The position numbers and the translations under genes are program-made. Shown piece by piece: positions 8,051-16,514 of a stretch of 20,000 nucleotides of DNA. The stretch is from the IMG/VR virus record IMGVR_UViG_2850711898_000002, one strand, 5' to 3'. Under the pieces are notes generated by a model. That model had not been told where the DNA came from and made no database searches. It saw only the letters and a program-made list of their open reading frames with translations. Positions within the stretch are counted from its first letter, which is position 1. Each line of letters starts with the position of its first letter. This DNA comes from an uncultured virus (IMG/VR IMGVR_UViG_2850711898_000002). Taxonomy: Duplodnaviria > Heunggongvirae > Uroviricota > Caudoviricetes.

Positions 8051-8422
8051 ATGGAAAAATATGCTGGAATGGCGGTGTTAGAAGTAAATGGCGTTGAATT
8101 TGAAATTACCGATTTAAATGTCACAAAACAAACTGGGCGTAAATTAGTCAAAACCATGAACTCTGAAGGTCGTGCACGTGGTTTTGCCAAAGGCATTACG
8201 ACCTGGGAGCTGTCAGTGACTGCTGCTCTGCCGATTGATGGTTCAGAGATTGATTGGGCTGGTATCAGTGATGCGAAAATCACGGTCTATCCGCTTAATC
8301 AAGAAGATAAGCGTATGTCTTACCTTGGTTGCTTTACTACCCAAGTAGGCGAGAAATACACGGTGGATAACGAAGCCGTTATTGATATCCAGATGAATGC
8401 GCTTAAAGAGGTAAAAGAATAA
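8051..8422 (+). CDS. Tail tube protein
   Basis: 123-aa beta-rich ORF directly after the sheath. Confidence 0.8.
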   Translation: MEKYAGMAVLEVNGVEFEITDLNVTKQTGRKLVKTMNSEGRARGFAKGITTWELSVTAALPIDGSEIDWAGISDAKITVYPLNQEDKRMSYLGCFTTQVGEKYTVDNEAVIDIQMNALKEVKE

Positions 8423-8763
8423 TGCGTTTACTTCTTGGTATCTCTTATGAAGACAAGCGTTATTTTGACTTTGGCGTGCGATTACTAACCTTGGGTGGCG
8501 AATGTGCTGCCCTTGAGAAAGTCGCCGAGCTTGGTTTAGATGAGAAAGAAAACCTCACGAAAGCGGAGCAAATGCTCGTGGACTTGGCTTATTTATCTGA
8601 ACAGCTTGATATTATCGGTCTTGCGCAAGATAAGCTCACGCCACAGTTTTTACTGGATAACCTTGCCACGGATGATTATGTGCTGATTACGCAAGCTATC
8701 GCAGAACTGCGAAAAAAGCACATCGACGCTGGGGAAAACCCGAGCAAAGCCGAAACCGAATAA
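8422..8763 (+). CDS. Tail assembly chaperone (short form)
   Basis: Lies between tube and tape measure. Contains an A_AAA_AAG slippery site near its 3' end. Confidence 0.8.
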   Translation: MRLLLGISYEDKRYFDFGVRLLTLGGECAALEKVAELGLDEKENLTKAEQMLVDLAYLSEQLDIIGLAQDKLTPQFLLDNLATDDYVLITQAIAELRKKHIDAGENPSKAETE

Positions 8764-8984
8764 AACAACATTACGGTGTGTTTGATGCCGAGAAAAATTA
8801 CCGAAGTGCGGTTATTTTATTGGCTAAATTTGGGTTTACTGCTGAAGAAGTACGAGCAATGTGTCACGCTGAAGTTGCTGCGTGGGTGGCAAGTTGGCAA
8901 CATTCGCAAGGTATTAAAACTCAGTCAGAAAAAGGCAACACGGTGCATTACAACCTTATGCGTCGTAAAACTAAGGGGGCGTAA
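8712..8984 (+). CDS. -1 frameshift extension of the tail assembly chaperone (includes ORF 8778..8984)
   Basis: CGA AAA AAG at 8710-8718. The -1 frame from 8712 is open with no stop (KKAHRRWGKPEQSRNRIKQHYGVFDAEKNY...) to TAA at 8984. Confidence 0.75.
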   Translation, partial: KKAHRRWGKPEQSRNRIKQHYGVFDAEKNYRSAVILLAKFGFTAEEVRAMCHAEVAAWVASWQHSQGIKTQSEKGNTVHYNLMRRKTKGA

Positions 8985-8996
8985 GCCCCTTTTTTT
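8976..8996 (+). terminator. Intrinsic terminator-like hairpin upstream of the tape measure gene
   Basis: GGGGC-GTAA-GCCCC followed by T7. The loop contains the stop codon of the frameshifted ORF. Confidence 0.7.
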
Positions 8997-9030
8997 GTGG
9001 ATTTAAAATGAGTTTAAAGAGGGTTTAAAA

Positions 9031-11319
9031 ATGGCTGAGTTGAATTTAGCGTTGAAGCTGAAAGCGCAAGACCAAGCAAGCCGTGTATTTCGACGAGCGC
9101 AATCGCAGATTACGCAAAGCACACGTGCTATGGCACAAGCGCGTGAAAGGTTAGGCGTGCGAAGTGAACATAAAATCCAACAAGAAATTAATCATACCAT
9201 TGCCGCTTATAACCGATTAAAACGTAGTGGCACAGCCACTAGTCGCGAATTAGCGCGTGCGGCTGAAGCGACGCGCTCAAAAATTGCTGGGCTTAATGCG
9301 GAAATGGGGAAAACCACGTGGGGGCAACGATTAGGCAATGTTGGTCGAAATATTGCGGGTGCAACGGTAGGTGTTGCCGCTGGTGCAGCGGTTGCTGTAC
9401 CCAAAATTAGAAAGGCGGCAGATTATGATCTTGAAGTGGCAAAAATTGCAAATACAGCTTATTCAGGTGCAAGTATAGAAGAAAAGACAAAAGGTAAAGA
9501 AAAAATCCATGGCGCAATTAAAGCGTCGCTAAATTATGGCGGCACAAAAGAAGATGCATTAGGGGCTGTTGGACGTTTAATTGGTGAAGGCAATGTTTCA
9601 GTTGAGGACGCATTAAAACTTTTGCCAACGATTCAAATGAACGCTACTGCAACTGGGGCAAGCACTGATGATATTGCCGCATTAGTCAATTCATTGCTGA
9701 ATTTCGGCATTAAAGTTGATGATATTCAACAAGCACTTGATTATGCCAGTGCGTCGGGTAAAGCGGGCGGTTTTGAATTAAAAGATATGGCGCGTTATGC
9801 CCCTGAATTTCTTTCAGCCGCAGGCAATGCTGGCTTGGGGGGATTGGAAGACTTAAAACAGGTGTTTAAAGGTGCGCAACAAGTTTATAAGGTTTCAGGC
9901 GGTACGGGACAAAGCTCAACTAACTTAGTCAATTTCTTTTCAAAACTGCGTTCTAGTGATACAGCAAAAAAATTTGAAAAATTAGAAGTTTATGATCCCA
10001 AAACTAAGAAAACCCATGGTATTGATTTTGAAAAATCCATGACTAACGAAATGAAAACAGGCAAAAATGCGATTGAAGCCTTTATGAGCATAATTGATCA
10101 GGTGCTTGCAAGCGATAGAACGTATCAAAAACTGCTAAAAAAACTTAATAACGCAAAAGACGATAAAGAAGCGCAAGCTATTGCAGAGCGTATAGCGAAA
10201 TATGTGGAAACCACAAAACTTGCTGAAGTGATGCCAGATATTCAAGCAGGCACGGCAATGTTTGCAATGCGTCGTGATAAAAATACGGCTCAAAATGTAG
10301 ATGAGCAATATGCCATTGCTGAAAAAGGCAACTTCAACAAAGAAGATTTTGATTTTATGCGCCAACAAAATTCAGTTCGTTTTCAGATTGCTAAAAACAA
10401 ACAGGAAATGAATTCAATTGAAAACTGGAATGGTGCAAATGATAGATTAGGAAATGCCGCAGACTGGTTAAGTGAAAATATAGAAGAATTTCCAAATTTA
10501 ACCAAAGCCGTTGTTGGTGCGACTGACGCGTTACAAATTTTCAGTGCAGGACTTGCTGGGTTTTCTCTAGTTAATTTATTAACGGGCGGGAAAATGGGGG
10601 GCGGTGCTTTAGGTAAAGTGACCCAAGGCGCAGCAACAACATCAGCGATTGCGAATGGAGCTGGCAAATTACTCAATATAGGCGGAAAAGTCGCTACTGC
10701 AACTGGTGCAGCAATGGTTGTAGGTGGTTTAATGATTGCTGGAGAACAACTTACAACGGAAGAAGCGAAGACTGAAGAAAAAGCCGAAGCCAAAACTGCG
10801 CAAGAAAAGCAGTTAGAAAACCAATTTTATGCCAATGCTTACGGTGGCAATAAACCGACCACAACCCATTACGCACCGCAAGGTTTCGGTTATAACAAAA
10901 ATTCAGTCTGGGGGACGGCTTCTCGCTCGGGCGAAGTGGCTGAAATTGCACGTAAAGATGAAGTGGCAAAGGTGCGTTTAGAGCGTGGCACATTGAATCA
11001 AGCCGAATACAACGAGCGTATGCGTCAAAGTGCGGTGAAAATTGCGGAAATTCGCAATCAGGGGAAAGGCTATTCAGGTTTATCTGTAGCGGCTAATGAC
11101 ACCGACTCCGCTTTAAGTCGCACACTGGGTGATTTATCTAGCTTGGCTAACTATCAAGCTGATTTTCAGCATTTTGGGCAAACCATTAGCGACGGATTAA
11201 AAACCGCCATTGAAAGCCAAAATTTCACGATTCAAAACGAAATCAAGGTGGATTTAGACGGACGGATTGTGGCTGAACAAACGTCTCAGTATCAATATCA
11301 AGACTTAAAACGGGGGTAA
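9031..11319 (+). CDS. Tail tape measure protein (Mu gp42 position)
   Basis: 762-aa Ala/Gly-rich helical protein. N-terminal LKLKAQDQAS and GKAGGFELKDMARYAP. Located between chaperone and gpN. Confidence 0.92.
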   Translation: MAELNLALKLKAQDQASRVFRRAQSQITQSTRAMAQARERLGVRSEHKIQQEINHTIAAYNRLKRSGTATSRELARAAEATRSKIAGLNAEMGKTTWGQRLGNVGRNIAGATVGVAAGAAVAVPKIRKAADYDLEVAKIANTAYSGASIEEKTKGKEKIHGAIKASLNYGGTKEDALGAVGRLIGEGNVSVEDALKLLPTIQMNATATGASTDDIAALVNSLLNFGIKVDDIQQALDYASASGKAGGFELKDMARYAPEFLSAAGNAGLGGLEDLKQVFKGAQQVYKVSGGTGQSSTNLVNFFSKLRSSDTAKKFEKLEVYDPKTKKTHGIDFEKSMTNEMKTGKNAIEAFMSIIDQVLASDRTYQKLLKKLNNAKDDKEAQAIAERIAKYVETTKLAEVMPDIQAGTAMFAMRRDKNTAQNVDEQYAIAEKGNFNKEDFDFMRQQNSVRFQIAKNKQEMNSIENWNGANDRLGNAADWLSENIEEFPNLTKAVVGATDALQIFSAGLAGFSLVNLLTGGKMGGGALGKVTQGAATTSAIANGAGKLLNIGGKVATATGAAMVVGGLMIAGEQLTTEEAKTEEKAEAKTAQEKQLENQFYANAYGGNKPTTTHYAPQGFGYNKNSVWGTASRSGEVAEIARKDEVAKVRLERGTLNQAEYNERMRQSAVKIAEIRNQGKGYSGLSVAANDTDSALSRTLGDLSSLANYQADFQHFGQTISDGLKTAIESQNFTIQNEIKVDLDGRIVAEQTSQYQYQDLKRG

Positions 11320-11322
11320 AAG

Positions 11323-12660
11323 ATGGCTGGTTGGACAATGCCTGTGCAACGTGCGAGTTTTCGTGGCGTGCGTTTTGATGTGCTTTCGGTGGATGATGAT
11401 GTCTATCGCTCAACCATTGAGCATACTTATCCTTTCGTCAATGGCGCGGACGTGGAAGATTTGGGATTAAATCCATTAACCGTGCGTATGCAAGCCGTAT
11501 TTTATGGGACAGGCTATTACACGGACTTTAAGAAATTTTTAAGCGTGTTACAAAAATCAGGGGCGGCAACATTAGTGCATCCGATTCGTGGGCGTTTGCA
11601 AAATATGATTTGCACCGGGGCGAGTTTTCATCACGAAGCAGAAATGATTGATTATGTGGCGTTAGATTTGACTTTTATTGAATCTACGCCAGCTAAACCG
11701 ATTTTTGTCTTTAATTATTCCCTATTGGCAAAAATAGATGCCTTACTGACTGAATTAGAAAATTTTGTTGATGATGTGATGGCATTGTATGGCGAATTTA
11801 TGGAGATTGTTGCCTTTGCCGCTAATACAAAATCACGTTTGTTGGGTGTTTATGGCGCATTATTTGGCTGTTTTGAGCAAGTGCGCGGGTTATTTGATTT
11901 TGACAAAACCAAGTATGGTGTGTCGCCTGTCGTGACACAAGATAACTTTAAAGCAAAATATAGCCGTGCTGTGCGTGATTTGGTAACCATGATTGATTCT
12001 GGGTTGCGCCAAATTGCTGCACGCAAGGACTTAACCCTGCGTGCAAAATTTGATGAGGTACTCCGCACAATACGTCAAATCAAGCATATTCCTGCTGATT
12101 TAGTGAGTGGTAAGAATATTAAATCTGCCAAAGAACAAGCGGCGTTGAAATCATTAACGACCTCTTTTAGTAAGGACGATACTGAATCTGTGCATTTAAT
12201 GATGCAGTTAGCCTCTAGTGTTGCTTTGTTGCGTATTGCCACTGAATTGGTAGAGGACGATGATTTATTGCCACAGGATATTGAGTACATCACGACTCAA
12301 GTGCGGTCACAAATTATGGATAATTTACAATTGTTACGCAAACAAGCAGACGATGAACATCGTGGGGAAAATATCACGGTATTAACCACGCCTAATACGA
12401 GTTTTTATACGGCTGCGCACAATACGGCAGAGCAATTACGCAATAAAGCGCATAAGTTTACTCAACTTGCCCTTGCGGCAATTAATCGTAAACCGCCTTT
12501 AATGGTGCGTGAGGTGCCATTTAGCGGTACTGTGCAACAAATTGCACATGCATTTTATCAGGATTACAAACGTGCAGATGAATTATTAAGATTGAATCCG
12601 CAGATCCGTTATCCGAATTTTGTTGAGCGTGGGGAGTGGTTAAACAGCTATGTCAAATAA
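11323..12660 (+). CDS. DNA circularization protein, Mu gpN (gp43)-like
   Basis: N-terminal ASFRGVRF...HTYPFVNGADVEDLG, LVHP motif, and C-terminal YQDYKRADELLRLNPQIRYPNF. Confidence 0.92.
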   Translation: MAGWTMPVQRASFRGVRFDVLSVDDDVYRSTIEHTYPFVNGADVEDLGLNPLTVRMQAVFYGTGYYTDFKKFLSVLQKSGAATLVHPIRGRLQNMICTGASFHHEAEMIDYVALDLTFIESTPAKPIFVFNYSLLAKIDALLTELENFVDDVMALYGEFMEIVAFAANTKSRLLGVYGALFGCFEQVRGLFDFDKTKYGVSPVVTQDNFKAKYSRAVRDLVTMIDSGLRQIAARKDLTLRAKFDEVLRTIRQIKHIPADLVSGKNIKSAKEQAALKSLTTSFSKDDTESVHLMMQLASSVALLRIATELVEDDDLLPQDIEYITTQVRSQIMDNLQLLRKQADDEHRGENITVLTTPNTSFYTAAHNTAEQLRNKAHKFTQLALAAINRKPPLMVREVPFSGTVQQIAHAFYQDYKRADELLRLNPQIRYPNFVERGEWLNSYVK

Positions 12661-13774
12661 TTACCCTTATGAAAATGATGTTACGCTGGAAGTGGACGGT
12701 AAAGCCCACAATAGCTGGAAAAGTTATGATATTGATAGTGACTTTTTAATCCCTGCCGATGCCTTTAAATTTGATTTGGGCTTGCCTTCAAATAGTACGG
12801 TTTTACCTGACTTTTCGGGGGCTGAAGTGAAAGTGTGCATTAATGGCGAATTGGTGATGACAGGCATCGTGGATACGACACAGCATACTATGAGTAAAAC
12901 TAACCGCACTTATAGCCTCAATGGGCGTGACCGTGCGAGTATCCTTGTGGATTGCTCTGCCCCCATTACCAATGTAAAAGGCTTGACTGTGTTAGATGCG
13001 GTAAAAAAAATTGTTGAACCACTTGGTATTAAAAAAGTGGCATTGCGTGCGGAAAATAATCCAACATTAGATAAAGTCGATATTGACGTAGGCGAAACAG
13101 CTTGGAATGCGGCAATGCGTTGTGCGAACTCGGCAGGCTTGCACTTGTGGTTTGAGCCAAATGGAGAGCTAATTGTGGGCGGTGCGGATTACAGCACACC
13201 ACCTGTGGCGACCTTGTGTTGCATGAAAGACGGCAAACGAAACAACTTTGAGCAGGCGGATTTAACGTTTGATGTGTCGAATCGGTTTAGCGAAGTAACG
13301 TTTTTGGCGCAAAGCCACGGCAAGCAAGGGCAAGACAACAAAAACGATCTGAAATGGGTTTATCACGATCCTGAAATGACTACCTACAAGCCGAAAACCG
13401 TGGTGGTGTCTGATGTGGATAATTTGGAAGCCTTGCAAAAATGGGCGAAAAAATACATTGCGGACAGTATGCTAGAAGGTTTTACCCTTACTATCGTCGT
13501 ACCCGATCACAAAATGCAAGACGGTACATTATGGCAACCAGGGCAACGTGTGCATGTAATTTGCGAGGAATATGATATTGATGCCATTTTCTTTTTAATG
13601 GGGCGACGTTTTATGCTGAGCCGAAACGCTGGCACGCAAACGGAACTACGCTTTAAACAAGACGGCATTTGGACACCAGACGCTTACAACGCAAAAGCAG
13701 AAAAAGCACGTAAGCGTAAGGGCAAGAAATTAATGGCTACTAACGGACATGGCAGCTGGGTGGCTGCGAATTAA
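12650..13774 (+). CDS. Baseplate hub protein, Mu gpP (gp44)-like
   Basis: Motifs GRDRASILVDCSA, GETAW and LWQPGQRVHV. Synteny. Confidence 0.9.
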   Translation: MSNNYPYENDVTLEVDGKAHNSWKSYDIDSDFLIPADAFKFDLGLPSNSTVLPDFSGAEVKVCINGELVMTGIVDTTQHTMSKTNRTYSLNGRDRASILVDCSAPITNVKGLTVLDAVKKIVEPLGIKKVALRAENNPTLDKVDIDVGETAWNAAMRCANSAGLHLWFEPNGELIVGGADYSTPPVATLCCMKDGKRNNFEQADLTFDVSNRFSEVTFLAQSHGKQGQDNKNDLKWVYHDPEMTTYKPKTVVVSDVDNLEALQKWAKKYIADSMLEGFTLTIVVPDHKMQDGTLWQPGQRVHVICEEYDIDAIFFLMGRRFMLSRNAGTQTELRFKQDGIWTPDAYNAKAEKARKRKGKKLMATNGHGSWVAAN

Positions 13775-13783
13775 GGGGACAAA

Positions 13784-14419
13784 ATGAGACGATTAAGCCA
13801 AGTCATTCAACAAAAGGCGCAAGGTGCGGCAGAGGAAATCCGTCAAGCCTTTCGCGGTGTGCTGCACTTAGTGAAAAGTGCGGACAATATTCAAAAAGTG
13901 CAAGCTTCAGGGCTTGCCGATGAAACCTTGCAAGATGTGGAGTTGATGCAGCAGTTTGGCTTTACCTCTGTGCCTCCAGCAAATACGCAAGCGGTGATTT
14001 TACCCATTGGCGGACAAACTACCCACGGTATTGTGATTGCAACCGAGAACGGTTCTTTCCGCGTAAAAAATCTGCAAGGTGGCGAAGTGGCCATTTATGA
14101 TGAAAGTGGCTCTAGCATTGTATTAAAAAAGGGGCGGTTAATTGAGATTGATTGTGATGTATTAAAGATTAACGCTGCAACAAAAGTGGATATATCAAGT
14201 CCACTGGTTGAAACCGATCAGGTCTTTACTGCCCAAGGGCAAATCAATGGTAATGGTGGTATGGCTGTGCAAGGTGGCAGTGGTGCGAGCTTTACTGGTA
14301 ATGTACAGCAAAGTGGCGGTAGCTTTACGACCGACGGCGACGTGGAGGCTGGTACAATTTCGTTAAGGAACCACAAACATACTGGCGATAGCGGAGGCAA
14401 AACCAGTAAACCTGAATAA
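13784..14419 (+). CDS. Baseplate spike, Mu gp45-like
   Basis: QQFGFTSVPP and GEVAIYD motifs, a Gly-rich beta-helix and C-terminal HKH (HxH metal site). Confidence 0.92.
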   Translation: MRRLSQVIQQKAQGAAEEIRQAFRGVLHLVKSADNIQKVQASGLADETLQDVELMQQFGFTSVPPANTQAVILPIGGQTTHGIVIATENGSFRVKNLQGGEVAIYDESGSSIVLKKGRLIEIDCDVLKINAATKVDISSPLVETDQVFTAQGQINGNGGMAVQGGSGASFTGNVQQSGGSFTTDGDVEAGTISLRNHKHTGDSGGKTSKPE

Positions 14420-14428
14420 TCTAACCTT

Positions 14429-14465
14429 AAAGGAGATGCTGAAACCCTGCATCTCCTTTCTTTTT
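14429..14465 (+). terminator. Intrinsic terminator after gp45
   Basis: AAAGGAGATGC, 9-nt loop, GCATCTCCTTT (perfect 11 bp), followed by CTTTTT. Confidence 0.75.
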
Positions 14466-14483
14466 ACCTCTTATCTTATCCTG
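14438..14483 (+). promoter_or_regulatory. Second putative activator-dependent late promoter
   Basis: GCTGAAACCCTGCATCTC, 21 nt, TATCCTG. Matches the box at 2985 at 14 of 18 positions with identical spacing. Confidence 0.6.
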
Positions 14484-14488
14484 TCAAT

Positions 14489-14839
14489 ATGGACAGAGAG
14501 ATCAGCCCGCTTACCGGGGATTATACAAGTAAACAAATCAGTACGCTTGCCAATGCAGCGTATATCAGATTGACCACACCATTAGGCTCTTGGTGGGCAG
14601 ATGGGCGTGTAGGCTCTCTGCTCCATCTTATTCCGCGCGAAAAAGATTTGTCACGCATAGGTTTAATTGCACAACAATATGCCGAAGAAGCCTTGCAACC
14701 CTTGATTGATGATGGACGTGCGGACGAAATTATTGTCAATCATACCCAGCCACATAACGGTGTATTGATTTTAGATATATCCATCCGAGATAACCGGGGC
14801 GAAACCTATCATTTTAAACACCCGGTAAAAGTCATTTAA
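14489..14839 (+). CDS. Baseplate wedge protein, Mu gp46-like
   Basis: GSWWADGRVGSLLHL and YAEEALQPLIDDGRA motifs. Confidence 0.9.
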   Translation: MDREISPLTGDYTSKQISTLANAAYIRLTTPLGSWWADGRVGSLLHLIPREKDLSRIGLIAQQYAEEALQPLIDDGRADEIIVNHTQPHNGVLILDISIRDNRGETYHFKHPVKVI

Positions 14840-14853
14840 AAAGGGTTTAAACC

Positions 14854-15918
14854 ATGTTTATTGTGCCGAGTTTAGAAGATATTCGCCAAGCGATTTTGCG
14901 CGATGTGCAGTCATTAGAGCCGAGTGCTGATGTGAGCATAGATAGTGACTATTATGCACGTGCCAGTAGCCTTGCTGCTGTAGCGGAAGGTATTTATGCT
15001 CATCAAAAATGGATTATTAAACAATTCTTTCCCGATACTGCCGACACAGATTTTCTTGAAAAACATGCTGGCTTGCGTGGTATTCGCCGTCGTAATGCGA
15101 CTTATGCTAGTGGGCGTGGCGCAACAGTGACAGGTACCCCTGATGCGGTGATTAAAGTTGGATTACAAATTAAAACAGACGATAACCGATTTTACGAAAC
15201 CACCGAAAGTGCGGTGATTTCTGCAAGCGGTTCTGCCGTTGTTACCGTGCGAAGTCTTGCGACAGGTGCCAGCCAAAATATTAAAACTGCGACAAAAGCA
15301 AACTTTATGGCAGCACCTTTAGGCGTGCAATCCGATGTGGTGCTAAATGATGTAATTGGTGCAACGGACGCGGAAAGCGATGCGTCTTTGCTCGAACGTT
15401 TGCTTGAGATTATTCGCCGACCACCTGCTGGGGGCAATCGTTATGACTATCGTACATGGGCATTATCGGTGGATGGCGTGGATGCTGCTTATTTTTACCC
15501 ATTGCGTCGTGGGCTTGGTACGGTAGATATTGCGATCACATCAAATAACGATGTGCCAAGCGATGAAACAATACGTCGCTGCCAAGAATATATTGACGAT
15601 GTGCGTCCAGTAACCGCTCGTGAAAGCAAAGTGGTGAAACCTGATGTAACAAAAGTCAATTTTAATATTCAGGTAAAAATCAGTGGCGTGACCTTACCCG
15701 AAATTAAGGCAGCGATTTCCACCGCACTTGCGGATTATTTTAATACGTTAATCCCAGGCGATGATTTGATTGTGTCGCAATGTGAAGCGGTGGTAAATAA
15801 CTTGGTCGGTGTGGTTGACCGTAAGTTTACGGCACCTATCACTAATCTAAAAGCAGATGTGCGTACAAAAATTGAGTGGTTTCGGTTAGGTCAAATCACC
15901 GTTACGGAGATGGCATGA
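14854..15918 (+). CDS. Baseplate J-like protein, Mu gp47-like
   Basis: FFPDTAD...LEKHA, GATDAESDASL and PPAGGNRYDY..WA motifs. Confidence 0.93.
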   Translation: MFIVPSLEDIRQAILRDVQSLEPSADVSIDSDYYARASSLAAVAEGIYAHQKWIIKQFFPDTADTDFLEKHAGLRGIRRRNATYASGRGATVTGTPDAVIKVGLQIKTDDNRFYETTESAVISASGSAVVTVRSLATGASQNIKTATKANFMAAPLGVQSDVVLNDVIGATDAESDASLLERLLEIIRRPPAGGNRYDYRTWALSVDGVDAAYFYPLRRGLGTVDIAITSNNDVPSDETIRRCQEYIDDVRPVTARESKVVKPDVTKVNFNIQVKISGVTLPEIKAAISTALADYFNTLIPGDDLIVSQCEAVVNNLVGVVDRKFTAPITNLKADVRTKIEWFRLGQITVTEMA

Positions 15919-16511
15919 TGCAAACTGACCACAAAAAGGTGTTAGCAAAACTTTATCCGCCTGTTTCATACGACGTAAATGGAGAGCGTTTTTTAGCACA
16001 GTGTGAGGTGGATGGTAATGCCTTTGACCGATTACAAAAAAGTGCGGTGGATTTATTGCAAATTATTGAACCTGCCACCTCCAATACGATGTTGTCCGAT
16101 TGGGAACGTTTATGCGGCATAAAAACAGATTATACCAATAACTATCAAGCACGAGTAAAACGTGTTATTGCCAAGTTAAATGCAATTGGGGGCTTATCCA
16201 TTCCCTATTTTAAACGGATTGCGGAAAGTATTGGATATCGTATCGAAATTAAAGAGTTTTCTCCCCTTGCGAATGATTTACCAACAACGGGGGATTTAGC
16301 ACAATTTCGTAATGAAGCGCGCGATAACTTGATTTTTATGTGGCGAGTATCAGTGCTTAATGGGGATGACAATATTGTGTATTTTCGCGCAGGTAGTTCC
16401 TTTGCAAGTAATCATTTAGTGGAATTTGGCGACCCAATTATTGAGGAATTCTTCCGAGATTTAAAACCTGCAGATACTTACTGTTATTTTGCTTATCAAA
16501 CAGGATCTTAA
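15915..16511 (+). CDS. Baseplate protein, Mu gp48/YmfQ-like (DUF2313)
   Basis: LSDWERLCG, GGLSIPYF...AESIGY and LKPADT motifs. ATGA overlap with the gp47 stop supports a start at 15915. Confidence 0.88.
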   Translation: MMQTDHKKVLAKLYPPVSYDVNGERFLAQCEVDGNAFDRLQKSAVDLLQIIEPATSNTMLSDWERLCGIKTDYTNNYQARVKRVIAKLNAIGGLSIPYFKRIAESIGYRIEIKEFSPLANDLPTTGDLAQFRNEARDNLIFMWRVSVLNGDDNIVYFRAGSSFASNHLVEFGDPIIEEFFRDLKPADTYCYFAYQTGS

Positions 16512-16514
16512 TAT

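Noticed and set aside
7876..8283. 135-aa minus-strand ORF, and similar ones such as 10383..10793 and 11..358
   Set aside because: They are antisense to conserved structural genes and show no recognisable motifs.
8776..9006. 76-aa ORF in the same frame as the chaperone (stop read-through)
   Set aside because: The -1 frame with a canonical slippery site explains the region better, and this ORF crosses the terminator.
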